Source: Candidatus Latescibacterota bacterium
GTDB lineage: Bacteria; Latescibacterota; UBA2968; UBA8231
Assembly (NCBI GenBank): GCA_965261395.1
Contig: OZ253462.1
Span: 3,200,001-3,264,000, forward strand
Length of the DNA stretch: 64,000 nucleotides
Reading direction: 5' to 3'
The position numbers were made by a program, and so were the translations under genes. Positions 18,608 through 29,000 of this stretch are shown piece by piece; positions within the stretch are counted from its first letter, which is position 1, and each line of letters begins with the position of its first letter. The notes beneath the pieces are model-generated. The model was not told the origin of the DNA. It searched no databases and saw only the letters and a program-made list of their open reading frames with translations.

Positions 18608-19993
18608 TCAGGTCCCTATAGACTGTCTCTTCCATAGAGACCTTGTCGTTTCTTCCAAGAAAAAGTTTCGGTAGCCATCGGGAGCGCCCAAGATATTTCC
18701 TTCTTCGTCAATGCGGAGTGAGTGAATGCAAACATCCAAATCCTTACGCTCAAAAAAGAGTATAGACACGTCACCGGGTTTCAGCACCGAGGTACCATCG
18801 CGCACATCCATACGCACCCGGTCGAGCAGGTGATCGCTATGTGTCTCGACCACCAATTGACGCTTCGGTCCGGCGATTTGGCAGAACAGGCTGCCCAAAG
18901 CTGCTTGAGCACTGGGATGGAGATGTACTTCCGGTTGCTGTAGCAGGAAAATGGGCGGGGTGTCGGCGCGCAGTAACTCGGTGATGACGGGGAGCACTTG
19001 GCTTACTCCATAGCCTACGTCAATTAAGTTCCGCTGCGGTCCCTTAACTCTTTTTCCGGATTTTCGGACCTGCACTTGAAAAGGCTCCGTCTCCTTCTTT
19101 CCTAAAGGCTTGACCGAGATTTCATCAAAAAGACCAGCGTCTTGACCGAATTTTTCGAGCGCGTCCTTGAGGGTTTTCCATTGCTCCCTATTCTGGAAAT
19201 ACAAATTGGACAGGTACATAGGGATGTAATCGCCCTCGGGGTCTCGTGTCGGGCGTGCGGGATCATACGTGCGACGCGGTTTGGAGCGGACCGGCGCGCT
19301 GGCATACGGCCTCTCTTTGTAAAAGGATTCCACTTCATAGGCTTCCATAGTAATATCGTAGAATTCCAATATACCAAAGGATGACATTTGATTGACTCGT
19401 TCAAAGTCCGCTTTCGTAGGCTGCTCCGAACCTGACAGTGCGGTCCATTGCTTGTCTTTGGAGTGCGTTATATACGCCTGAAAAACAGAAAAAGAAACCC
19501 CACCGATATAAGTCTCTATAAAAGTCCTGTCTCGATCGGATAGAGAATGCTTCCAAGCACCATTTTCTGTCCCAAAGCTAATCTCCCCTTTCGATCCTTT
19601 GACCCACGCATCCTTTTGGAAAAAGTGTCTTCGCACCGGAACAGGGACGGTTCCACTTTTTCCGAAGGTTACTTCAAGACGATACGGTCCACCTGCTATG
19701 CTATTGTCTCTTTTGACCTTAAGAGTGAACTCAAATCCCGCCTCAAAAGTATCTACTCGATCGCCCCGTTCTCCTCGGTAATGGACGATCTCGTCAAAGC
19801 TACCGAGGTCGTAGGGTTCTTCCTTGAAATCGGGATCTCTCTCCCGAAAGGCAATATCCCAAAGCGCCCGGATCATGGCCATGAACGAGGTCTTGCCGGT
19901 GCTGTTCTCGCCGACGAGCAGGGTCAGCGGCGCTAAGCGGGCGGTCTGTGTCTCCCGGAAGCAGCGAAAGTTTTTGAGCGTGATTTGGTCCAT
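18608..19993 (-). CDS. ABC-superfamily ATPase (AAA_15/AAA_21 with DUF3696-like C-terminus)
   Basis: LKNFRCF, GENSTGKTS, DVGYGVSQVLP, LLQQPEVHLHP, VETHSDH, IDEEGNI..PDGY..FF. Confidence 0.88.
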   Translation of the reverse strand: MDQITLKNFRCFRETQTARLAPLTLLVGENSTGKTSFMAMIRALWDIAFRERDPDFKEEPYDLGSFDEIVHYRGERGDRVDTFEAGFEFTLKVKRDNSIAGGPYRLEVTFGKSGTVPVPVRRHFFQKDAWVKGSKGEISFGTENGAWKHSLSDRDRTFIETYIGGVSFSVFQAYITHSKDKQWTALSGSEQPTKADFERVNQMSSFGILEFYDITMEAYEVESFYKERPYASAPVRSKPRRTYDPARPTRDPEGDYIPMYLSNLYFQNREQWKTLKDALEKFGQDAGLFDEISVKPLGKKETEPFQVQVRKSGKRVKGPQRNLIDVGYGVSQVLPVITELLRADTPPIFLLQQPEVHLHPSAQAALGSLFCQIAGPKRQLVVETHSDHLLDRVRMDVRDGTSVLKPGDVSILFFERKDLDVCIHSLRIDEEGNILGAPDGYRNFFLEETTRSLWKRQSIGT

Positions 19994-20013
19994 GAGATCC
20001 TCTTTTCGCGTTC

Positions 20014-22981
20014 TTACCTCGGCACCGCCAACAACATGGCGTCGAGCAGGCGTTTTTCGTTGCAGCCTTGAGGGTAGAGTGCCGATAGGGCGTTGGCAAG
20101 GCGGAGGAAGTCGGGGCCGCGATCTTGCTCGGCGTTGATTAGCGTCCGCAGCGCGTTGGCGTGGCCGCTGGACTGAAGCAGCATGGCGGTGTGGACGCGA
20201 TCGAGGGTGGTGTCACCAAGAGTTGCGGCGAGGTGGTCGTCGGAGGATTCGCCGTAGCGCGGGCGCGGCTCCCGGACGAGAGTGGGGGCACCGTCCTGCA
20301 AGTCGGGGAAGAGTGTCTGCTGCAAGCTGGTGTGTGGGTCGCTTTCGATGTGGTTGGCGGCGGCGGCAGCACCGTCCTCGCCGAAGAGCTTTTTGGCGCG
20401 CTCGGACACTGGTAGTAGGCGTACGACGCCCTTTTCTTGGCCGATGATGCGGTCGGTCCAGGTGTCGAGGTCAATGCCCATGGGCTGGGCGAAGCGGCGC
20501 ACGACGTCGAAGGGGAGCGCAAATCCCGTGGCTACCTTGGCGACGGCTTCTTCGTCGGCCTCGTCGTCTTGTTCCTGATTCTCTGCAACAGGGGCCGTGC
20601 TTTGGAGCGTCCACAGGAAAAGCGCGGTCAGGCGGGCGTCTTCTTCCAGTGCGCCGGACAGACCGTTGCGCGCTTGCGCCTCGGCGGTGCTGAGCACCTG
20701 TTGCAGCGCGGCGCGACCGACGACTTCCCAGACTTTCTCCAGATAATCGGGCAGGCCGATTATATCGCCCTCGGCAGTTTCGACGGCGCGGTAGCGGCTG
20801 AAGATTTCGAGTGCGGGGCCGATGCAGGCAAAGACCAGATCGGCACCACGGATGCCTTCGCCCTGCAAGCGCTCGATCCAGTCAGCGACGCGGATCGGCA
20901 ATTCGCGCAGGACATCGGCCCAGTCGCCGATGGGGGCGTCTTCGGGACGTGGGCGGCAGATGAGGTGGACGCTGGTGGCGAGGGCGGCGGAGTCGCGGGC
21001 GCGCAGGCGCGACGCCCTCTCGGTGGCGATTGGCCAAGAGCCGGTGATCGTCCAACCTCCGCGAATCATGCCGGAGAGCAGCGCTTCCCAGCCCTCAGTA
21101 GTTTTGTGTGCAAAGACAACGGAGCCGATACCATCTTCGTTTAGCACGCGGCGGCCTTCGGCAAAGGCTTTCGCCATTGTCTCCTCAAACCAATCGCGGT
21201 CCTTGGGTTTACCTTCATCCTGTTTAGTCTCGTCTTGCACCGCCTCAGCAGTCTTCGGCGAGAGTGGATTGTCCGAGTCGAAAGGATCGCGTAACAGCGG
21301 GTGATCTGGCAGCCCACGCTTGAACCATACAAGAAAGAAATCGGAAAGATCGGCGTAGGGAACTGCGTCGTAGTAGGGTGGGTCGGTGAACCAGATCATA
21401 GCAGTTTGATCAGGTAAGGGGTGGTCGGTGGCGTCGGCCGGTTGGATTGCTCCGACTTGAGCGCCTTCATCACTGTGGCTTTCACGTTACGAGTTATATT
21501 TTCTAGTGTCTGTTCAATTGAAGCAGATGAGTCGCTTAGGATATTGCTTTCCCCGAAGTCCCAACCTATTGGAATCGCATTGCCCTTAAAGAGTTGATTA
21601 GGGCATTCGACGCCGAGGCTCCAATTCACAAGGCTGTTGCACCGGTCAGCCAGTTTCGTGCAGAGCATTGCCAGAAGCCCTTTGAACGATTTATCTATCG
21701 CTATTAACGAAATAGCCTCGCTCAGAATGGTAAAAGCCACTTTCTGCCGCGCTGTAAACAAATCGCCCCACTGCATCATCCCGTAGCGTTGCACACTGAA
21801 CGCACGCCCCGCCCCCGAACCTCCCCCAGCAGGTGTCGGCTCATCCGGCACCGGGCAAAGCCCCTGTTTCCCGCCCTGCTCCCATTCCTCCAGAACCTGC
21901 GCTACCCGCTCCTGAGCCTTTCGCACCGCCGCGTAGTCCGCGTCCGTCGGCAGCCGATAGTGCCGCCCCGCCTGCTTGGGCTTGAGCGTCACCACTGCCG
22001 TCATCCGCGCCCCACCCGTCCGCCGCCCCTCCGCGTCAAAAACCGCATCCGCGCCGCCCCGCTTGGCCGCAAGCTGCGCCCGCACCCGCTCCGGCGGCAG
22101 CACCGCGCCACAGGACAAGTCGCCCGCGCCCGCGTCACCGTGCCGCCGCGCACCTCGCTATCCGTCTGCGGCTCGACTACCTCGAACTCGACACTCGGGG
22201 GCCTCCCCTCGCAGCGCTCGACTCGATGCCGCAGTGCCCGCTTGCGCTTGGCCTTCTTGCACAGCCAGAAAGAACGCATCAGCGGAATCTCCGCGCCGCA
22301 GTTGGGCGCTTCGCAGCGCACCGTGCGCGCCCATAAATAGGCAATCGGCGTCGCCCCGTCCGGGTCCGCCGGATAGAGATCCACCAACTCCTGCTTCGCC
22401 GCCCGCTTAATCTCGCCGCCGACCCGGCGCAACTCCTCGGCCAGCCCCGGCCCGTGTCGCGGAATGTCCTCCAGCATCACCTTGAGAATCAGGCACGCCA
22501 CCGGATTCAGATCGCTGGCAAACGCCTCGCAGCCCAGCCGCAACGCCTCCAGCGGAATCGAGCCACCGCCCGCAAACGGGTCCACCACAAGCGGCGGCTC
22601 CTCACCATGTGCCGCCTTCACCAACGCCCGACCCACATTGAGATGGGTGCGATCCGCAGCATTGTCCCAATTGGCGAAGTTGGCGATAAACGACAGCAAC
22701 CCCTGCCGCAGTTCCGCGTCATTCGTCGGCGGCTGCCGCACCGCACGCAGAATCTCCCGCGCTTGCTGCTTAAAGTCCTCTGGGCAGTGCGCGTCGCACG
22801 GGTCCGGCAGCAGCAACGCCAGCAACACCGCCCGCGACGAAGCCAACGGCCGCCGCGCCCACCACAGATGCAGCGTACTCGGATGCCCATGCCGAATCGA
22901 CTTCTCCCGCGACGCGTGCCGCGACACTTCGGCGATGGGGAAATCGACTTCGGCGAGACGCTTGCATTCACGGGGAATCAT
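20014..22981 (-). pseudogene. DUF1156 adenine-specific DNA methyltransferase, split by two frameshifts
   Basis: TLHLWWARRPLA, DPFAGGGSIPLEA, catalytic TDPPYY, FAHKTTEGW; frame changes near 22115 (ATC/SCGAVLPPE) and between about 21450 and 21490 (other frame reads IQPADATDHPLPDQTAMIWFTDPPYY). Confidence 0.85.
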
Positions 22982-23370
22982 AGTATGCGTTCCTCAGCCC
23001 AGCGGATGACGGCTTCGGCGATGGCTAGCGCTTCCAGATAATGCTGTTCGGTGACTGTCTGGTTCATAGGGTAGCGAGTAACTGTGGCGAATCGAGTGAG
23101 CTTTCTGGCCTGTCCGACGGCGTCCGGGATCGCTTCGCCTGCTTCCTTGAGCAGGGAAAGCAATCGGGCCAAATCATGCACGTAGGGGAAGTCGATGCCG
23201 CGCTTGATCATCAATGCCTTGACGGCTTTCTCGGCTGCTTGCTGGGCCTCAAAGCACAGGTCTTCCAGATAGGCTTGTGGTACGCGGTTTTTCGCTATCG
23301 CCAGACTGCTTCTGGCGCGATTCATCCATTCGCGAGGATCGTCGGCGGGAAAACGCTCAGGTTCCTTCAT
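22978..23370 (-). CDS. HEPN-domain protein (MNT-HEPN pair)
   Basis: CFEAQQAAEKAVKA, VHDLARL, TRYP; stop overlaps methylase ATG. Confidence 0.88.
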   Translation of the reverse strand: MKEPERFPADDPREWMNRARSSLAIAKNRVPQAYLEDLCFEAQQAAEKAVKALMIKRGIDFPYVHDLARLLSLLKEAGEAIPDAVGQARKLTRFATVTRYPMNQTVTEQHYLEALAIAEAVIRWAEERIL

Positions 23371-23683
23371 ATACGACCCTGCCTTCTTGCAATGCGGGCT
23401 TGACGATCACCGCGTGGCTATCCTTATACCGCTCTACATCGTCGGGCGTGACGACAACAGCATCGACGGCTGCGCCGACGCCATCGAGATTCATATAAAT
23501 ATCGCCCATGAGTTCAAGCGCGTCCGCGCCCTCCTTGATGATGAGCAGATCGACGTCGCTATGGCGATTCATGTCGCCTCGGGCGGCGGACCCGAAGAGG
23601 ATGATCTTCTCCGGTTGAGCCACCTCTACAATGCGCCGGATGATGTCGTCCAACGTTTGTTGGTCAAGCATCCCCTTTTTCAT
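23357..23683 (-). CDS. Minimal nucleotidyltransferase (MNT)
   Basis: IILFGSAARGD..SDVDLLII, VDAVV; GGAGAG SD before ATG 23683. Confidence 0.88.
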   Translation of the reverse strand: MKKGMLDQQTLDDIIRRIVEVAQPEKIILFGSAARGDMNRHSDVDLLIIKEGADALELMGDIYMNLDGVGAAVDAVVVTPDDVERYKDSHAVIVKPALQEGRVVYEGT

Positions 23684-23817
23684 GGCTTCTCTCCTAGCAG
23701 CAAGCCGTGCATGTTCTTGACCGATAGTAGCCGCACATAGGCGGACCTCGACACATCGCCAAAGATGGCTTGGTACTGAGCATCCGACTTGCCGGCTTTG
23801 AGTATCGGCTTTTTCAT
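23680..23817 (-). pseudogene. DUF1016/YhcG-family remnant
   Basis: Reads MKKPILKAGKSDAQYQAIFGDVS/RSAYVRLLSVKN; both halves resemble DUF1016 segments that are normally far apart. Confidence 0.6.
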
Positions 23818-23858
23818 GATCATCTTCTTGCCATATCTGCTTCTTAAACCAAATTGGA

Positions 23859-24380
23859 TCAGGCACCTAGCTGACGATGCACTTCAGCCTTTGCGCCCTT
23901 CTGTAGCCAGTCAATAGGCTTTTCGTCATCCTGCGTCGGATTTATCCACACAATTTGCCTCAATTCTCCTACGTTATCCGACGCATTTCCAAATGCCCTG
24001 CGCGCTCTTTCATCTTGGGAAGCAACTAGCCGATCCGTAGCGACCGCCGCTTCAATGAGATGGACATCTTTAGCAACAACCCCCTTCTGCTTAGGAATTA
24101 CGGCCTTGTCAATTCTCTCCCGCAAATCCTCATCGGGTTCTATCTTATTGCGATCAACTCGCCTACGGGCCGACATTCGCGTAAGCCATTTAAGCGAATA
24201 TCTGGACCTATGGCGACGCCATTCTTCCTGTATGGCCTCCGACATCACAACATGGTGTCCAACACTCAACACCGTATCCAAAAATTTCCGACACGCACTT
24301 GAAATCGGATGCTCCGATTCACCCGCAGAACGCGCAACATCGGCATCAATCACTAATCGCCGAGGACGCTGCTTTGCCAT
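23859..24380 (-). CDS. PIN-like protein
   Basis: RLVIDADVARSAG, KDVHLIEAA, LVASQDERAR; TAATG coupling to upstream ATPase. Confidence 0.7.
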   Translation of the reverse strand: MAKQRPRRLVIDADVARSAGESEHPISSACRKFLDTVLSVGHHVVMSEAIQEEWRRHRSRYSLKWLTRMSARRRVDRNKIEPDEDLRERIDKAVIPKQKGVVAKDVHLIEAAVATDRLVASQDERARRAFGNASDNVGELRQIVWINPTQDDEKPIDWLQKGAKAEVHRQLGA

Positions 24381-25738
24381 TATTCTCTGCTCCGCTCTTC
24401 CACCGCATCGAGATACGCACCTTCAGCCTTCAACTCGACATCACCAAAGTCCTCCGGCCAACCCCCCAAAGCACCATTTTCGTCCAGATCAGCACTCCGA
24501 ATTGACGTCGTTCCGTCTTCGGGATTGCGCGAGAACCAGTGTAGCTTCACCAAATCAGGATCGAGATCACCCTTCGCCACCAACGTCTGCACTTGTAGTA
24601 ACAACAACGCGCTATGCGTCTCTACCACCAATTTCATGCCACGCTTTGCCGTCCTCGTCAAAATTTCCGCCAGTGCATACTGCGCTCGCGGGTGCAAATG
24701 CAGTTCCGGCTGTTCGAGATACACGAGTTGTCCCTGCCCAGCAACCAGAAGCGCGACGAGCACAGGCAAGACTTGCGAGACTCCAAAGCCAACGTCAGCG
24801 ATATTTACAAGTTCTGTTCCGTCTCGCCTTCGCCTTGCCTTTGGAAGCCGTCCAACCTGTAGCTCAATTTGCGTATCATTAACGCCTTTGGCATAAATTT
24901 CCCGGGTTAGGCCAAGGTCTTCAAGCATAGTTTCGAGAAATTGTAGATGGACATCTTCTTTTTCTTGCCACTGTGCAATGATAGTGGCGACATAATTTTC
25001 AAATATGCCTAGGAAATCAGGACCTGTGGCCGTCTTAGGGTAAACACGCTCAATGTTGCCGCGCAATCCGGGGACGTGAATCATGCGGCGCAGTTCTTTA
25101 TCAGTAAGTATAGAAGATTTTCTCATCTCGGGAGCTTCAGGTAATGCAATCGATGCTCCAGCACTGAGATTCTTAAAAGCGAAGTCAAGAAAACACCGAT
25201 TTCTAACAACCGTCCACTTCAATCCTTCAAACTGTCTAGGCCATTTTATTTTTTCCCCGAGAAATGTCTCGATAGCCTTCTCTAAATCATCTGCCCCTTG
25301 GTGTGGCATCAAATGAAGAGAACGTTCGCCTTCTCCAATGATCATATCTTGGATTTCAAGTGCTTGATTCCCTGTGAGAGAAAACGTAGTTTTATGCGTT
25401 GTATATTTATCGTGTTCCATTTCGATGCTAAATGCTTGGCAATCAGAATTTCTCTGCGAACGCGAAATGAATTGGTTGACAGATGTAAATTTCGCATTTG
25501 GGCCATTCAACAAAAGTGGTCCAGGATCGTAACTCGCTTCAAGAGTCTGCTTCATCAGCAACAGGGGCTGCATGATACTCGATTTGCCAGAACTATTTGC
25601 ACCCGCCAAGATCGTCAAAGGACGAATTTCAATCCGACTCTCTTTTGCAAGCGACTTGAAGCCCTGCACGGAAATTGCAGTGATACCTTCATTCTGAGCT
25701 TCTTTAGGATCATCTTTTGATGTTAGCTGCTTTGCCAT
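24380..25738 (-). CDS. ABC-superfamily ATPase (AAA_15/AAA_21 with DUF3696-like C-terminus)
   Basis: VQGFKSL, GANSSGKSS, DVGFGVSQVLP, YLEQPELHLHP, VETHS, LDENGALGGWPEDF. Confidence 0.88.
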   Translation of the reverse strand: MAKQLTSKDDPKEAQNEGITAISVQGFKSLAKESRIEIRPLTILAGANSSGKSSIMQPLLLMKQTLEASYDPGPLLLNGPNAKFTSVNQFISRSQRNSDCQAFSIEMEHDKYTTHKTTFSLTGNQALEIQDMIIGEGERSLHLMPHQGADDLEKAIETFLGEKIKWPRQFEGLKWTVVRNRCFLDFAFKNLSAGASIALPEAPEMRKSSILTDKELRRMIHVPGLRGNIERVYPKTATGPDFLGIFENYVATIIAQWQEKEDVHLQFLETMLEDLGLTREIYAKGVNDTQIELQVGRLPKARRRRDGTELVNIADVGFGVSQVLPVLVALLVAGQGQLVYLEQPELHLHPRAQYALAEILTRTAKRGMKLVVETHSALLLLQVQTLVAKGDLDPDLVKLHWFSRNPEDGTTSIRSADLDENGALGGWPEDFGDVELKAEGAYLDAVEERSRE

Positions 25739-25749
25739 TTTCAATTCCC

Positions 25750-25894
25750 TTATTTCTCAAACGGTAATGGATGCAAGACCAATTCCCTAGTCGGCGATCT
25801 TGTCCAGAAACGCAGGGACGTGCGGCTCTGGGTGCGGGCGCATCATTTCCGATACGACATTCGCATCGAGGAGCCAAGCAACAGGCGCGTTCAC
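25750..25894 (-). pseudogene. VapC/FitB PIN toxin remnant
   Basis: (M)NAPVAWLLDANVVSEMMRPHPEPHVPAFLDKIAD*GIGLASITV*EI; in-frame TAG (25787-89) and TGA (25757-59), then truncated. Confidence 0.75.
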
Positions 25895-26052
25895 GGCTCA
25901 CTCTCACCGGCGAACTCGACCTTCCGGTATGCATAGCGCCTAGGTGCCGGCATCTCGACCCCGTGCTCGGGCCCGAAATATCGCCTGAAAACCTCGGAAG
26001 GCGTCTCGCAGCGGTCGGCCCTGGCGCGCTTCTCTTTGGCCCTCTCATTCAT
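25891..26052 (-). CDS. Small FitA/VapB-like antitoxin, possibly partial
   Basis: 53 aa with FRRYFGPEHGVEMP; stop overlaps the GTG of the VapC remnant. Confidence 0.5.
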   Translation of the reverse strand: MNERAKEKRARADRCETPSEVFRRYFGPEHGVEMPAPRRYAYRKVEFAGESEP

Positions 26053-29000
26053 CACGTGTCTTCCATATCCCAGATGCCTTCTGACCTTCCCGAATTTCCA
26101 TCGACTGCTTGAGGGTGTCAACGCTCAGATAGTAGTGGGCAACCTTGGTGACCTCGTGCCACGGGAACCGCGCGGGGTCTCTGATTGGCTTCTGAAGCTC
26201 TGGGGCGTTGGCGCAGTTGGTCACCACGTAGAGCCAGTAGCATTCGCGGCGATCCTCGGCGATTCGACGCTCATTGGGCGTCAGCAGAATGCTGCCAGTG
26301 GCGGCGGCGAGACCTTTTATCTCAATCAGGCGCAACTCGCCGGACGCTGGATCGAGGCTGGTTATATCGTACCCAAGATCCTGTTCGTGGACATCATTGA
26401 CCTGATGGCCTTGCGCGGTCTCATACTCCATGACCACTCGCATCGCCGTCATCTCGGTCTCGGGATGTGGACGCAGACGCCGGACATCGAGGGTGTCGCG
26501 TTCGGGATGGGGGAGGATCAAGACGCTGGCGAGCCGCTCAACTCCCTGCAAGGTCAGCGCTCGCTGCCGCTCGAACTCTTCGCGCCGACGGTCACGGCGC
26601 GCCATCACCTCGGCATGGCGGGCTTCGGCCTGCGCCAAGCGACCCTCGGCACCGATTACGTTGTTATCCCTCTCCTCGGCGGCACGGCCAATCTCCTCAT
26701 CGGTCCGCTGTAGAACCTCCGTCAAGGACAGTTTGACGTGATCGGCAATGCGCTCAACTTCGGCCAGACGCTCGGTGCGAACCTCGTCAATAAAAGCGAC
26801 CAAGGCGTTTTCGTTGAGCCAAGCGGTCGCCTCTGGTAGCGCGGCTACCGGCGGCAGATCGCCCGGAGCGGTGGTGGGGCTGAGATTGCCAAGGGCATCC
26901 GGCTCGCGGAGACAGGGAGATCCGTCATTGGTCAACTCCACGGTGAACAACCGTTCGTGAATGACGTGTCCGAGACCATCCACGACCCGCGCCCGGTAGA
27001 AGTCGAGACGCGCCGGTGCTGCGTGCGCTAAGGAATGGAAACAGGCACCCTTGGCAAAGGTGTCTTGTCCGAGATTGAGACTGTGCCGGCGCAGGGCCTC
27101 AAACAGGGGATGCCCTGGGGTGACCCATTCGAGATTGTGCTCCTCTGCTGTGTCGCGGTCCGTTGACAAGCGCGGATAGCGCATCGCCAGTTCTGGGAGT
27201 TTCCAACCCGGCTCGTGCTCGTACTTTTTTAACCCGGACGGCGTTCGCCCTGGGTCGAAGGTATGCGCCAAGTGGCCCACCGGCTTCAGAGTTAGGGCCG
27301 CGTGTTGGGCGCACTTTGCGATGAACCGCGCAATGGTCTCGGGTACGACGCGCCGCTCCTGGGCCTTGGCTCGGCGCTCGACGAGCATGTCGAGGTTGAG
27401 CTTTTTAGAGGCCAAGCCTTCCAGTGCCGTTTGGCAGATGGCCCGGAAGTGGCCTTCATCCACGTCCTGCAAAAGCCGCTCTTCAAGGTCAGCGTCCCCC
27501 AACTTTTCCGCGTAGTAGTCCCGCAGTACGCTCTCCACATGGGCGGACGGTAAGACTTCGCCGACCACGTTGAATACCGAGTCGTCATCGAGGGCGTCGC
27601 GGATCTCTTGGAGCTTGTCCAACAATCGTTGGAGCACTCGCCCCTCAATAGTGTTGGTCGCCACGAAGTTGAAGATCAGGCAATCGTGCCGCTGGCCGTA
27701 GCGGTGGATGCGGCCCATGCGCTGTTCGAGCCGGTGGGTGTCCTTGAACTCGGTGAAGAGCAGCAGTTGCTGATCGGGCCGGTCGAAGAACCCCTCCTCC
27801 TGCATGATTTTGCGAAGATGTCCGAGTTTCGCTTGGCTGCCCGAGTCTTCGACGGCCTTGGCCTCTTCGGCAAGCTGGAGAAGTTCGCCGATCTCTTCGC
27901 GTATCTGCTCGGCGTTGCCAGCCAGCGTGATGGCCTCCAGCATTTCCTCTAGGCGCTCGCGCTCGGCATCTTCCAATTCCTCCAGCTCTTCTAGGTCGGG
28001 AAGGTCCGGCGGTGCGGTCCGCACTAGTTCTTGGGCGCGCTTGAGGCCCTCCTCCAGACGCCGAGTGCGGTTTTCGAGCGATCGCCGCATAGCGTAGGTG
28101 CTGGAGGCGAGACGCCGCTGGTACAGCGACATCAGAAAACCGACCGCCCGAGCACGCGGGTTGTCGCCCTGCGCGGCGGCGCGGGCACTCTGCCGTTTGA
28201 CAAACCGCGTGATCTTTTGGTAAAGCTCGAACTCAGCGCCCTCAATAGAGAAGTCGGCGGTGCGCGGATGCGTTTCGTAAAAACCGGCTTCGCAGTCCAC
28301 GTTCCGTCCGCTTGGCGCTCCGGGAAGTACACCATCGCCTCTTTGGTGCGCCGCAGGTAAAAAGGCGCTCGCCTCCGTTCCATGGCCTCGCGGATTGAAC
28401 TCACGTCGGCGTAGGCGTCCTGATCGAGCAGTTGCAGAAACAGCGTGAAGTTCTGCGGATCGCCCTTGTGGGGCGTGGCGGTCAGCAGCAGTACGTGATC
28501 GGCGCTGTCGCGCAGCAATTCTCCCAGTCGGTAGCGCTGGCTCTTGTGGCTCTCGTCGCGTGCCGACATGCGGTGTGCCTCATCGACAATCACCAAATCC
28601 CAACGCACCTGTTGCAGGCCGGGCAAGATCTCGGTGCGCTTGGCGAGGTCGAGCGAGGTGATGATTTGCTTTTGCTCCAGCCACTGGTTGACACCGAACT
28701 GATCGCGGATGTCGCTGCCCTTCATCACTAGGAACTTCTCGTCGAACTTTTCCTTGAGCTCGCGCTGCCACTGGAACGTCAGGTTCGCGGGACAGACGAC
28801 GAGCACCCGTTCGATGAGGCCCCGGAGCTTGAGTTCGCGGACCAAGAGGCCGGCCATGATGGTCTTGCCCGCACCTGCATCGTCGGCGAGCAAGAAGCGC
28901 ACGCTGGGCAGCTTGAGGAGGTGCTCGTACACCGCTTCGAGCTGGTGCGGTAGGGGATCTACGCGCGAGATGGAAAGCCCGAAATAGGGATCGAACTCGT

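Noticed and set aside
16395-28270. Programmed frameshifting or phase variation as the cause of the split core genes
   Set aside because: No long homopolymer, SSR or obvious slippery site at the shift points, and the helicase also lacks an essential segment
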